IMG/VR virus record: IMGVR_UViG_3300042331_000508
Location: 4,537-68,536 of that record
DNA from: a virus
Length of the DNA stretch: 64,000 bases
Strand: one strand, 5' to 3'
Shown piece after piece: positions 38,493 to 48,508 of the stretch (within the stretch, counting starts at the first letter, position 1; each line of letters opens with the position of its first letter). Position numbers and translations under genes: made by a program. Below the pieces are notes generated by a model. It saw nothing but the letters and a program-made list of their open reading frames with translations, did not search any database and had not been told where the DNA came from.

Positions 38493-40519
38493 TTGGAAAG
38501 AACGCGGGTGACGAACGAGACAAGCATCGGAACAATCTTGTCAGCATCATCCCAGCTAACACTGACGAAGCGACCCTTGCCAAACGATCGCTCGCCGTTG
38601 CGACCGCCGATAACAATGCCATACACCTCGATGCTCATGCGTCGGCACAGATCGACGATTTCTTTGAGCTTTTGGATGTCGGTTTCGCCATCACCGATAC
38701 AGATCATGATTTTGCGCGGCGCCTTGTCGATGGAGTCCATGTGCTTGGCCGCCGCAGCAAGAGCGATATCCTCTTTTGTGCCTCCACCCATGCAGTCGAT
38801 CGTCACTTGTGGCGTAGAGCCGTAGTAGTGCACATCGTTGCTGTGTCCATAAGAATGGACACGCACGGCATTACCTCCACGCCGCAGCGCCTCCGAGAGC
38901 AGGCAAGCCGCCCTCTTGAGCGGGACAGAAGCAGTCTGATGCTGAAGCGCCTTGAGGCGCTCGACGCGCTCTGCCACGGTGATGTTGACATCGGGGTCAG
39001 CCCAAGTGCCGCGATCCAAGTCACAGCCGGTCGATCCGCTCAAGTCGGTCAGGATACCAATGGCGATTTCGCGGGACTCGGTAACAACATCGTTACGGTA
39101 AAACACGGATGTTTCACCGCACGGGATTTCCCACAGCTTGCCAGGATCCAAGTGACCGCTTTGGCGGCCGAAGCTCGGCGTGATTTCATCATGGCTGTAA
39201 ATTCGACACAGCTGCGACAGCCGGTCGATGACGCCTTCGTAACCTCGCAAGAGAGCCTGCACCGCCATTTGTGCGTGCACCGGAGTGCGGCTTGACCAGT
39301 CACTGAAGTGAGTTTTCTTGGCGCGAGTGGCCAGTTTGCCACCAGCCTTGCTGGAATCATCTTGGTCTGCCAAGTCACTTACGTCGTGCGCCCTGCCGTC
39401 AATATCTCCTAGCGCTGTATCGTTGGTAATGCTCTCCCCCGAGATGTCAGAGGTGCCGATTCTGCCGCGCGCCTTATCAAGCAAATCTTTGCTTGGCTTG
39501 GGCCGCGCCGGAGGAGGAGGTTGCGGCGCTCCGTCACCACTACCGCTGCCACTTCCGCCTTGCGGGTTTGGCTGCGGCTGTTTCTTGGGTGGCGGTTTAG
39601 GCGGATCAAGCTTGCGCAAGATTTCCGCTGCGCGCTGGGCAGCAGCCCACCGCTCGTGCGATGTAGTGGCAGAGCCAAACTCCGCCATCGCTTGCCCGAT
39701 CACTTCCGCGATATCTTGCGGTGCAACAATAGGCTTGCTGGGATGCAGGATGTTCCATGCCATGGCCGCCGCCGCACATTGCGATGGCGGCGGGCCTTGT
39801 GGCATGTCATCGGGAACCACTACGCCATTGCTGGGACTCGGAGCCGCCTTGACAAGCCCCGCCTCGATCTCGGCACGATAAGACTCGTCCGAGTTAAATG
39901 CGTTGGAGGCCGCAAAATATACGGCCGCCCCGCGATAGTCTGTTAACAGCTCACTTTGCGCAATGTCAGCCTCGACGGCCGACCAGACAACACGAGCGTG
40001 TTTGTCTGTGCTTGCGGCCGCCGCTTGGCGCACCGCTTTGGCGGTGGTGCGTTTCTTGGCCGCCGCGGTCAGCGCTTCGCCGACAAGTGCATCGCTGCGC
40101 TTGTCTTCGTTCCACTCGGCGCGGGCGTCACCACGAGTGATGGTGTCGGGCGACAAGACAACGAGATCATCGTCGTTTGTCGCGTTCCCATCCGACCATG
40201 CCACCTTGAGCGTTTTGTCCACGCCTGTGACGGATGTGCGGATTGCGTTGGTGGACCGCGCTACTGCGGCCAGTGCCGTCTCCAGCTTGTCGGCTGTAGA
40301 AGACCGCTTTTTACGTGAGCTGTAGCCACCCCAATAATTACGCAAGTGTGAGGAAGCGGAATACTTCGACTTGCTGTATTCATCGGAGTCAAAGAGATAG
40401 TCGTCAGACCAGTCAGACCATCCCTTGTCGTCGTAGGAGTATTTTTCAGAACGCTCACGCCTAGCCTTGTCGGCTCCTTGTGCACGTTGCTTGTAATAGT
40501 CCAGATAGCTATTAGCCAT
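38489..40519 (-). CDS. vWA-domain protein (CobT/NorD-like partner)
   Basis: SGHLDPGKL, LTDLSGS (MIDAS), GGT, IGDGE; Pro-rich linker. Confidence 0.8.
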   Translation of the reverse strand: MANSYLDYYKQRAQGADKARRERSEKYSYDDKGWSDWSDDYLFDSDEYSKSKYSASSHLRNYWGGYSSRKKRSSTADKLETALAAVARSTNAIRTSVTGVDKTLKVAWSDGNATNDDDLVVLSPDTITRGDARAEWNEDKRSDALVGEALTAAAKKRTTAKAVRQAAAASTDKHARVVWSAVEADIAQSELLTDYRGAAVYFAASNAFNSDESYRAEIEAGLVKAAPSPSNGVVVPDDMPQGPPPSQCAAAAMAWNILHPSKPIVAPQDIAEVIGQAMAEFGSATTSHERWAAAQRAAEILRKLDPPKPPPKKQPQPNPQGGSGSGSGDGAPQPPPPARPKPSKDLLDKARGRIGTSDISGESITNDTALGDIDGRAHDVSDLADQDDSSKAGGKLATRAKKTHFSDWSSRTPVHAQMAVQALLRGYEGVIDRLSQLCRIYSHDEITPSFGRQSGHLDPGKLWEIPCGETSVFYRNDVVTESREIAIGILTDLSGSTGCDLDRGTWADPDVNITVAERVERLKALQHQTASVPLKRAACLLSEALRRGGNAVRVHSYGHSNDVHYYGSTPQVTIDCMGGGTKEDIALAAAAKHMDSIDKAPRKIMICIGDGETDIQKLKEIVDLCRRMSIEVYGIVIGGRNGERSFGKGRFVSVSWDDADKIVPMLVSFVTRVLSK

Positions 40520-40576
40520 GTTTGATGTTTGCCCGATGCCTGCAAGCAGGCGATCCGGTCGGGCGCCGGATTTGCA

Positions 40577-41581
40577 TTACAGCCCGCAGGTGAGCTGTAT
40601 GGTTTGCAAGACCTGTGCTCGCTCGGAGGACTCGCCCCCTTCGGTGTCGAACTTCGGAACAACGGTGAAGTTCATCGCTTGGCCCGGCGTCATGCCCATG
40701 GCAATGAGCCAGCCAGCAGCGAGGAGCTGCCTTGTCGAGACCGCTTTGGACAATGTCCCGCCGAAGCCGCTGGCCTTGGCACGAATTGTCTCGGCGACAG
40801 TGGCCAATGCATTGGCATCGGCGGTCTTGATACCGCACCGATCGCTGAGCAGTTTGGACTCCTCCTTGCGGGTGAGGTAGTTGACCTCCAGGTGATACGG
40901 GAACCGCGACTCCAGCGCTTCGTCCAGCCGGTATGTGCCGGTGAATTGGGCGCCGATGTTGGCAGTGCCGATAAACGTGACGTTATCGGCAACACGGACA
41001 ATGCGCTGCAGACCCTCGACGTGAACTTCTTTGCGATGGTCGAGCAGCGGCATGAGTGCATTCCATACCGGAGGAGTGGCGCGGTTCACTTCGTCAAGAA
41101 GTATGACAGCACCGGGTGTCTCAATGGCGCGAACAAATTCGCTCGGCGCGAAGAAGGTTTGGCCATTGGCCACACCCTTCTCACCGAAGATGTCGATAGG
41201 TTCGCGATAGAGCACGAGGTTGAACTCGAAAAACGGCGCGCGGCCGATTGCCGAGGTGTAGCGGGCAAGATCCGTCTTGCCGCAACCGGCGGGGCCGGTC
41301 AGCAGCACGTTGCGGATTTTGCCATTGGGTATCTTGAGCACTGCTTCGAGCAGCGTCTTGGCGATGTCCGACACGACAAAGGTCTTGTCGATGTCGGGAA
41401 CAACGAGCAGTTGCGCGTTAGCAGACGCCGCGGCAACACGACCGAGGCGCACGGCCTCGGTCAGTTCGTCACGGGTTGCTTGAACGCGCCACGCTCCATT
41501 GCCGATACCAAGCTGTTTGACCAGCTTGCGGAGTTGCGCGACATTGAGTGCATCAATGTCGGGCAGCGTGGTTGTGTCCAT
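40577..41581 (-). CDS. MoxR-type AAA+ ATPase (CobS/CbbQ/NorQ-like)
   Basis: GPAGCGKT, LLDEVNRA, TANIGAQFTGTYRLDEALESRF, STRQL. Confidence 0.9.
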   Translation of the reverse strand: MDTTTLPDIDALNVAQLRKLVKQLGIGNGAWRVQATRDELTEAVRLGRVAAASANAQLLVVPDIDKTFVVSDIAKTLLEAVLKIPNGKIRNVLLTGPAGCGKTDLARYTSAIGRAPFFEFNLVLYREPIDIFGEKGVANGQTFFAPSEFVRAIETPGAVILLDEVNRATPPVWNALMPLLDHRKEVHVEGLQRIVRVADNVTFIGTANIGAQFTGTYRLDEALESRFPYHLEVNYLTRKEESKLLSDRCGIKTADANALATVAETIRAKASGFGGTLSKAVSTRQLLAAGWLIAMGMTPGQAMNFTVVPKFDTEGGESSERAQVLQTIQLTCGL

Positions 41582-41907
41582 CAGTTGTTGGTGAAGGGGC
41601 GCAGCTCTTCCGAGACTTCGCCCAAAGCGGCTTTGAATCCGCGCGCAGCCAATGCTTGATGCGTTTGACACATCGAGACAATGAGCTTGATGGCGTGGGC
41701 TGCCTTGCGGACAGCTTCATCGCCCTCGCGCGGACTGAAGGCAAACACAGCGAGTTGCAAAACATAACGAGGAAGGGACGCTTCATCGAAAGCCCCCCTG
41801 TCGATCATGGCTTGCACCAGCCCGCTGTCATCAGGGAACATCTCGTTGAACTTGTTCAGCGCGAGTTCCGCCATTTCATCCATCATGGCTTCAGTGGGTA
41901 GTTCCAT
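41581..41907 (-). CDS. Hypothetical protein
   Basis: MELPTEAMM.., coupled to ATPase. Confidence 0.5.
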   Translation of the reverse strand: MELPTEAMMDEMAELALNKFNEMFPDDSGLVQAMIDRGAFDEASLPRYVLQLAVFAFSPREGDEAVRKAAHAIKLIVSMCQTHQALAARGFKAALGEVSEELRPFTNN

Positions 41908-42033
41908 TGTTGGTTTGTGGGTTGCGTCGGTTCTTCCGACAAAAAATTGGTGGGCCGCCTCGCCCCACCGCGAGACGGCCCTGTGCAAACGCAGCGATTG
42001 CTGCGGCCCATGCACAAAAAAATCAAAAAATTC

Positions 42034-42318
42034 TTACGTAAGAGGGGACGGGACCTGGATCAGCAGATCCTCAATCTCAAAATGCGGAGCACCGCAAAGC
42101 GGGCAATCGGCCACATAATGTCCGGTCTGCCCGCTTACGGATACCGGCGTCACGTAAAGGCCTTTGTTGGACGATTCAAGCGCTTCAAGCAGTTCGTAAG
42201 CATAGGCCAAGGCCGCCCTGAAATGCTCGGTGCGGTATTGTCCAGGGCAATTTTCATCTGCTTGATTTGCCAGTTCGCGCAACGCGTTTTGCAATGCGAT
42301 GGTGGCGTCGTGGTTCAT
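42034..42318 (-). CDS. Hypothetical protein
   Basis: MNHDATIAL..DCPLCG. Confidence 0.45.
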   Translation of the reverse strand: MNHDATIALQNALRELANQADENCPGQYRTEHFRAALAYAYELLEALESSNKGLYVTPVSVSGQTGHYVADCPLCGAPHFEIEDLLIQVPSPLT

Positions 42319-42566
42319 AAGGCTCTCCCATTGGCAACGATGACGTTGCGCAAGATGCTTTGTTGGCCCCGCCGATTGGTCAGCTTCTTGTGCCGCTTGT
42401 ATTCGTCGGGACTCATTAGGCAAATGGACGAAGTGGTTTTGTCGTTGTAAATCATGGCGCCCCTGTAGCGCGCGGTCGGCAGCGCTTGAGCACAGGCCAG
42501 ACACGTAGACAAACCGAGGTTGGCGCGCGCCGATTGCACGCGCCCTCCGCAAGTGTTACAGCTCAT
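42315..42566 (-). CDS. Small Zn-finger protein
   Basis: CNTCG..R..LGLSTCLAC. Confidence 0.55.
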   Translation of the reverse strand: MSCNTCGGRVQSARANLGLSTCLACAQALPTARYRGAMIYNDKTTSSICLMSPDEYKRHKKLTNRRGQQSILRNVIVANGRAL

Positions 42567-42912
42567 TGACTAGGGTCGGACGCCAGTAGACATCGACTTC
42601 CATTCCGATGCCAAGGGGACCTGGAACGCTGGACAACTCCTCCAGACTAAAGTCGCCTCGCTCGGACTCAAAGCCTTTGACAAGGCCGTAGGCGATGTTG
42701 TTGTCGGGGTCCCACTCGCAGACATACCATGTCCACGAGCCGCACGGGTCGAAAATTTTGACGCGCGCCAGCTCAGTGTTGTAGTTTGCGCAGACGGGAA
42801 CGCCGCGCAGGAAGCAAGCTTGGCGGAAAATCTCCAGCTTGCGCGGGCCGTAGGTAATACCACTCTGGTCGATGTGGTGATACAGCCCTTCGGTATCAGG
42901 GATGATGGTCAT
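42556..42912 (-). CDS. DUF2958-like protein
   Basis: KIFDPCGSWTWYVCEWD..YGLVKGFESERGDFSLEEL..EVDVYW. Confidence 0.8.
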   Translation of the reverse strand: MTIIPDTEGLYHHIDQSGITYGPRKLEIFRQACFLRGVPVCANYNTELARVKIFDPCGSWTWYVCEWDPDNNIAYGLVKGFESERGDFSLEELSSVPGPLGIGMEVDVYWRPTLVNEL

Positions 42913-43014
42913 GCGAACTGGCGCCACACGGCGCGATTGACAAGCAGATCGAACGGACGCCAGGTCAGCAAAGACCAAGGCTTGCGGATGGGATGTTTGC
43001 CCTTGCGCGGAAGG

Positions 43015-43221
43015 TTATTGCGTTTGGGCCAGTGGTGGCGGGTTTTGTGTTTGCCCATAGTGGTGATTGAGTATTCGTAGGTTGTGGATGGACTGACGGA
43101 GGTGATGACGCACAGTGGTCCGCACCTCGGGTTTGGGATGATGGCGAGCAGCAAGCAAGGCGGTGACGCGCTTGGCTGTCTGCTCGTGATTGAACGGAGT
43201 GGGCAGGACGATGATGTTCAT
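43015..43221 (-). CDS. Hypothetical protein
   Basis: 68 aa, coupled. Confidence 0.4.
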   Translation of the reverse strand: MNIIVLPTPFNHEQTAKRVTALLAARHHPKPEVRTTVRHHLRQSIHNLRILNHHYGQTQNPPPLAQTQ

Positions 43222-43466
43222 GCCCACGTTTTGCTTCCCACAGCGGTGACGTTGGCGCCCACCTGCAACTTGATGGGGTCGCCGGTATCCAAGGCCACTT
43301 CATGCAAAGAGACTTTGCCAGTGAAGTGATAGCCCACGGAGCCGCTCTGGAATTGACGCGCCGTAGCGGTGAGAGTGCCGACAGCGACATCGCGGCCATC
43401 GTGACCGGCGTAGCTGACGCTCACTTTCAACGCGGGCGCTGAAGCAATAAACAGCGCTTTGTTCAT
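43218..43466 (-). CDS. Small beta-rich hypothetical protein
   Basis: ARQFQSGSVGYHFTGK..LQVGANVTAVGSK. Confidence 0.6.
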   Translation of the reverse strand: MNKALFIASAPALKVSVSYAGHDGRDVAVGTLTATARQFQSGSVGYHFTGKVSLHEVALDTGDPIKLQVGANVTAVGSKTWA

Positions 43467-43870
43467 GGTTTTGGTTTTCTAAAAACGCTCTTACGTAAGA
43501 GCGCGTTGGGCCTGGCATGCGTGATCCGCAACAGGCAAAAATTTGGCAGGCGGCCGAAGCCGCAACGCCCGATGAAAGATTCATCTCGGCCCGAGCAAAC
43601 TTTCCATCGCCGCTCGGGTTGACTCCCCGTGTTACGCGCGTGGTCCACGGGTAACTGCCAAAGTGACAGACAGCGCGCTTTTCAGAGGGTCATAGCCAGA
43701 TGCCCTGTGCAGGGTCTGTCCTCTGCCGATATACGCGCGGCACGGTGTTGCCGCCAGCGATGGCTGGCTGTCTGAAAAATCACGGACGGTGCCGCGACAA
43801 AAAATGGGTGGCGCGGGGGTTTGCGTTCCCCCCGCGCCCAATCGCGCGATTACATCACGCGCGGCGGCGA

Positions 43871-44587
43871 CTAAGCCGCTTTCTTGCGGGACTGCTTGGG
43901 CGCAGCTTCGCCGTCGAGCACTTTCATGAGTGCCTCGATGACGGGCGCCGGATTGTCCAGCTTTTCGAGGACTTTGGCGAGGCGTCGGACGCATTTGAGT
44001 CCTTCTTCCTCGATGTCCTCTTGTGACTTGCCGTCGGGATTGAAGTCTCCCTGCACGACATTGTCGGGTGTCGCCGTGTCGGCCGTGTCGTCGGCCTTCT
44101 TCTCCTCCGTCTGGGCGGCGGGCTTGTCCTTCTTGGGCTTGTTATAGTCAGCCAGGGACATGCCGTTGTCGGCCCAGCAGTTCAGCTCGCCTTCGTTGCC
44201 GTTGGTCACGGCATCTTGGATGAGCTGGAACGCCTGCTTGGGCTTGGCCGCCGCGATCTTGGCGATCCCAACGCAGTTCTTGAACGTCAGCCCGTCGTAT
44301 TCGGCCTCGGTGAAAGCACCGGACTCGACATACGCATAGGCCTTGTGTCCATACGTTGCGTTGGAAATCGTGCCGCTGCTGATACCAGCATCGCGCAAGA
44401 CTTTGGTGACGGATTCACCGCGCGGCACTTGCAGCGCGATAAAGTGGAACAGCTTGCCCAGTTCGCTGAACATGCGACGATACGCCTTGTCGCGGCTCGC
44501 AAACTCGGAGATGCGCTGTTCCTGCTTCATTTGAACGATTGCGGACGCCTGAAGCGGAACGTCTGCGTTGGTGGTGGCTTTGGCCAT
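43871..44587 (-). CDS. Hypothetical early protein
   Basis: GGAGGT RBS before ATG 44587; strong codon bias; 238 aa. Confidence 0.65.
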   Translation of the reverse strand: MAKATTNADVPLQASAIVQMKQEQRISEFASRDKAYRRMFSELGKLFHFIALQVPRGESVTKVLRDAGISSGTISNATYGHKAYAYVESGAFTEAEYDGLTFKNCVGIAKIAAAKPKQAFQLIQDAVTNGNEGELNCWADNGMSLADYNKPKKDKPAAQTEEKKADDTADTATPDNVVQGDFNPDGKSQEDIEEEGLKCVRRLAKVLEKLDNPAPVIEALMKVLDGEAAPKQSRKKAA

Positions 44588-45252
44588 TGTTACCTCCAAT
44601 AAACAGCAAGCCCTTACGTAAGAGCTTGGCTGTCGGTTTTGGCGCGATACGCGCAAAGTGGCAAATGGCCGCCACAGCGACAGAGACAAGGAGGCCATAA
44701 CGTCAGAGACGATCTGACGGACGGCGCTTGCCTCCCGCGCGACCCGGAAAACGCGGGTCGCGCGGGAAACAAGAGATGGGCCGTCCATCGGGCGCGGGGG
44801 AGCTGACGCTGTTGTTAACTGACAGCCGCCGAGGCTCTCTGGCTCCTATCAACACGCTTTCGGCGTGCCTACGGACGCTGGTCGATTCTCCCTCATTTTT
44901 GTCGTGAGGATCGCTCACGCCTGCGATTAGCAGGCGCGGAGTCGGTGATCGTCCGATGCGATCTGACCAGCGGGGCCAAGCCCGCGCCCGTGTGAATTGC
45001 GAGCGGGGCGAGCATGGCGACCATGCAGGCTTGGCCGTGCAATTTCACGGACGGCGGAGACTTCCGGCAGATTGCGCTCGATAGAGCGTGAAGCCAGTGT
45101 AAGCAAGTGCGCGGTCTTGAACCTATGGTAGGCGCCGCGCGCCCGGATACAGCCGTGGCCAGGGTTGCCGGAAACATCCCCGCGCGCAAACTCTTACGTA
45201 AGAGCCTGCGCGCGAAAACGCTTGCGTTCCCCGGAAACTTAATTCCTCTCTT

Positions 45253-45426
45253 TCCACAATAGAGAGGCGATCCTGCCAATTAGATAGCGCATTATCGCCG
45301 GTAGGCGGCAATGCGCGTGTCCATTTAGCGGAGGGAGCAACCTTCCCGCAAATCCGCGCGCAAGCGCGCGGGGGGAAAATCTTTTCACACTCTCCACAAT
45401 AGAGAGGCGATCCCGCCAATTAGATA
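45253..45426. repeat. 34-bp direct repeat, 140-bp period
   Basis: tccacaatagagaggcgatcc(t/c)gccaattagata at 45253 and 45393. Confidence 0.8.
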
Positions 45427-45532
45427 ATGGCTTATCGCCCGGCAAGGCCGCGCCGGATCGGGACAAAAAGAGGCCGCGCGGGATCACTCCCGCGCGGCCG
45501 TGCGTTGCGCGCTTGCGTGCGCGCTTGCGTGC

Positions 45533-46657
45533 CTATGCTTGCGCTTCCGCGCGCGCGCGCTCTTCCGCGCGCGTTGCAAGCCAATGCGCGGCCGTTGCGC
45601 GCGTTATGGGTGCAACTCCCAAACGCGCGCACGTGCGCGCAAAGGATAGTTGCATGCGGTTCCATGCGGTTTGCTCTTCCGGCGCGCGTCCTCCGCGCTT
45701 TCCGGCGGGAGATACTCCGAACGCATGGCGCAAGCTATATCCGCGCCCATCTACTTGCGCGCGCATGTAACGGAACGCGCGCATGATCCATTGCAAATCC
45801 GCGCGCAAGGCCGCGCGCGCTTTCGCGCGCGCAACGTCCGGCCTCTTCCCGCGCGCATCTTCGCAAGCGCGCGCGAACACGTAGAACGCGCGCGCACGTA
45901 GAACGCGCGCACGCTTCACGATTGCCGCGCGCATGGCATAGGCTCCCGCGCCGGAAGAATCTTCCGGCCGATCCGACACTTGCGGGAGAAACGCAAGCGC
46001 GGCCGGATCGGTTGCTTCCGCCGTGGACATTTTCCGCAACGTGCGCGCCCCCGCGCGTGCTCCGGCCGCAACTATCGCGCGCGGCGTGCATGGGTGAACC
46101 GCGCAAGCGCGCGCGGCCATGCGCGCATGGCGCGCGGGCGCGTTGCTTGCAATGTCAAACGCGCGCAACGCGCGCGCCAACTCTTCACGCATGGCGGAAG
46201 CAACCTCTTCCTTGTAATCCCACGATGCGAGCGGAAACGCACGGCCGCCCCCCTCAAACTTCACGCGCGCGCGTTGCGTTATCGCATGCGCGGTTGCTTC
46301 GATTTGCGGGAGTGTCGGAACGTGCGCGCCGGACACGATCACTTCCCACGGCCGCGCGTAGAAGCGTGCCGCGCGAACGTGCGCGCTTGCGTCATGGGTG
46401 ACGCTAACGGCCGCGCGCGGTTCTATGTCCCGCACGTGCGTTACCAGCGGATTTGCGCGCTTCCGGCCGCGCATGCGCGGGAAAGGTTGCGCGCTTTTCG
46501 GCCATGCAACCGATCCGGCCGCGCCGATAGCATCACACTCGAAAAGCGTGCTTCCGGCGATTGACGCATAAAGATCCGGCGTCACGGATTTGCGGGAGAT
46601 ACGTCCCGCGCGTGCCGCGCTTGCGCGGCCTTGCGTTGCTTGTGCTTTGCTTTTCAT
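45533..46657 (-). CDS. Ala/Arg-rich hypothetical protein in compositionally extreme tract
   Basis: 374 aa open frame; first gene of leftward block. Confidence 0.45.
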   Translation of the reverse strand: MKSKAQATQGRASAARAGRISRKSVTPDLYASIAGSTLFECDAIGAAGSVAWPKSAQPFPRMRGRKRANPLVTHVRDIEPRAAVSVTHDASAHVRAARFYARPWEVIVSGAHVPTLPQIEATAHAITQRARVKFEGGGRAFPLASWDYKEEVASAMREELARALRAFDIASNAPARHARMAARACAVHPCTPRAIVAAGARAGARTLRKMSTAEATDPAALAFLPQVSDRPEDSSGAGAYAMRAAIVKRARVLRARAFYVFARACEDARGKRPDVARAKARAALRADLQWIMRAFRYMRAQVDGRGYSLRHAFGVSPAGKRGGRAPEEQTAWNRMQLSFARTCARLGVAPITRATAAHWLATRAEERARAEAQA

Positions 46658-46840
46658 AAGCGTGCCGATCCTACCGCAAGCGCGCGCGCGAAACGAGACG
46701 AATAACATACAAAACGCGCAAAATAACATACACGCTTATAATTACTTATGAATAACCAAGAATACCTGGCGCACGACCCACCGAGATATTTTTTTTGACC
46801 GGCCCAGGCAAAATCCCAGGTAAAAATCGCCGTCCGTAAT

Positions 46841-47149
46841 TTTTGCCCGTCCGTCCGCAATTTTGCCCGTCCAGCAAATTTACAGTGGCGCAAAACAAGG
46901 ACGAGTGACGATTTACAACTACGTGCAAGGGATACTACGCGAAATTGTCGGGGCATGCTCGCAGGCCGAGGCCGCCAGCATGGAATTCACCATCCCCAAG
47001 GCCATCCACATCGCTCTGGACACTGATAAAGACGGCAAGGTGGCGGGGCCGGACATGGCCGTCGGACATATCGAGTTCACAATTCTGCTGGTCGGCCGTC
47101 CGGAGGCCGCCTGCCACAACTGACCGTCCGGCAAATTTACAGTGGTGCA
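46841..47149. repeat. Repeat cluster at the transcription divergence point
   Basis: ttttgcccgtcc at 46841 and 46861; 26-bp ccgtcc(a/g)gcaaatttacagtgg(c/t)gca at 46867 and 47124. Confidence 0.7.
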
Positions 47150-47159
47150 TGATTAGAGC

Positions 47160-47372
47160 ATGAGCAACTGGTCACCGAGGGTTTGGTATATGTGCCTCAA
47201 CCCATTTTTCGAAGGCGACAAGCCGCAAGTCCGTCATGAGACGTTCGAGGAGGCCAAGACGGAAGCAGGCCGTCTGGCGCTCAAAACGGGCCGCAAAATT
47301 CACGTGCTGCAATTGATCGGCACAATGCATCCGCCGCACATTCCGGCCCCGATCTGGGAGCAAAGAGCATGA
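47160..47372 (+). CDS. Hypothetical protein
   Basis: PQVRHETFEEAKTEAGRLA. Confidence 0.55.
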   Translation: MSNWSPRVWYMCLNPFFEGDKPQVRHETFEEAKTEAGRLALKTGRKIHVLQLIGTMHPPHIPAPIWEQRA

Positions 47373-47662
47373 CCCAAAGTCTTTTTGAAACAGAAGTTCT
47401 CCCGCGCCTGGAGGCCAAGCGTGCCGATTGGCTCGCCGAGGCGCGCGCGGTCGCCAGACAACTGGGCCGCAGCGGGCCGGTCAATATCAACGACGTGCGC
47501 CGGTTGTGTCCTTTACCGCCCAGCATTGATCCGCGGGTCATGGGCGCCGTCTTTAACAAATCTGAGTGGGTCTGTGTGGGCTACAAGCGGTCATCCCGAT
47601 CTACGTGCCATAACCGTCCGATAGGGACATTTGTGCTCCGAGACCCACTCAAAAACTTATGA
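47369..47662 (+). CDS. Hypothetical protein
   Basis: 97 aa; DPRVMGAVF..GYKRS.R..CHNRPI. Confidence 0.6.
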   Translation: MTQSLFETEVLPRLEAKRADWLAEARAVARQLGRSGPVNINDVRRLCPLPPSIDPRVMGAVFNKSEWVCVGYKRSSRSTCHNRPIGTFVLRDPLKNL

Positions 47663-47940
47663 TGACCTACGACACCGACCCCGCGCTCCGCAAGTTGCGG
47701 CGCCGTTATCCCGGCTTGGAAATTGTGGACCGATGGGAGTCGCACTCCGACCGTCCGGTAAACGAGAAGTATAGCTGGCTGCGCTTCCAGGCGCATGAGC
47801 TGGTGACCGAGGACGTGCATTTGGACGCCATCCCCCGCGTGCGCGAGAGCGTCCACGAAACCGTGACCTTCCGCAAATTGGTCGCTTTTGGCGAGACGCC
47901 GGATGCGCTGGAGAAGTCGCTGATGGAGGCAACCCTATGA
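47659..47940 (+). CDS. Hypothetical protein
   Basis: 93 aa, coupled. Confidence 0.5.
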   Translation: MMTYDTDPALRKLRRRYPGLEIVDRWESHSDRPVNEKYSWLRFQAHELVTEDVHLDAIPRVRESVHETVTFRKLVAFGETPDALEKSLMEATL

Positions 47941-48290
47941 GACAAAACGACAAAACTAAAGCCACACGCAAAAAGAACACTGCCCCCAAACAGAGCGCCC
48001 ACCAAATCATCCAAGGGCAGCAAGCCGAGATCGCATTGTTGGAAGATGCGTTGCAGGAAGCCCTCAACGCGACCGGCCTTGAGCTAAAAGAAAAAGCGCC
48101 CCGCCGCCCACGAACATCTGCCTCGCATCGTCGTGTGCTGCGTTCCTACGCCAATGCTGCGTTGACAGGATTGTTGAGTGGATATGCCTCCAGAGAAGGT
48201 AACACAGGACTAACGGCCGACGAAATCGCCCAAGCCGCATGGAAGGTCGCCGCAGCCATGAAAAGCCATGAAGATCAAGTTTCGCGATAA
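47937..48290 (+). CDS. Hypothetical protein
   Basis: YANAALTGLL..IAQAAWKVAAAM. Confidence 0.55.
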   Translation: MRQNDKTKATRKKNTAPKQSAHQIIQGQQAEIALLEDALQEALNATGLELKEKAPRRPRTSASHRRVLRSYANAALTGLLSGYASREGNTGLTADEIAQAAWKVAAAMKSHEDQVSR

Positions 48291-48508
48291 TCGTGGCTAC
48301 AGCTTTGAGGTCGAGGGCGATATGTCCGTCGAGAAGCTGCTGGAACTGGGCATCAACCGCTTCAAGCTGGTGCATCCAGACAAGCCGCTGGAACAGGGCG
48401 AGTGGCGAGCGGAGGAGCCGGAAAAGTGATGGATCACCTCATTCCCGCCTATCTGACCTTGGCCGCGTTTTTGACCTGCCTGTTGGTCTGCATTTTTGAC
48501 TCCGACAA

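Noticed and set aside
38489-41581. Cobalamin biosynthesis auxiliary genes (cobS/cobT)
   Set aside because: MoxR/vWA pairs are common in phages and no other cob genes are present
45540-46700. GCGC tract as microsatellite or assembly artefact
   Set aside because: Not periodic, keeps a long open frame and selectively lacks CAG/CTG; kept as a compositional finding instead
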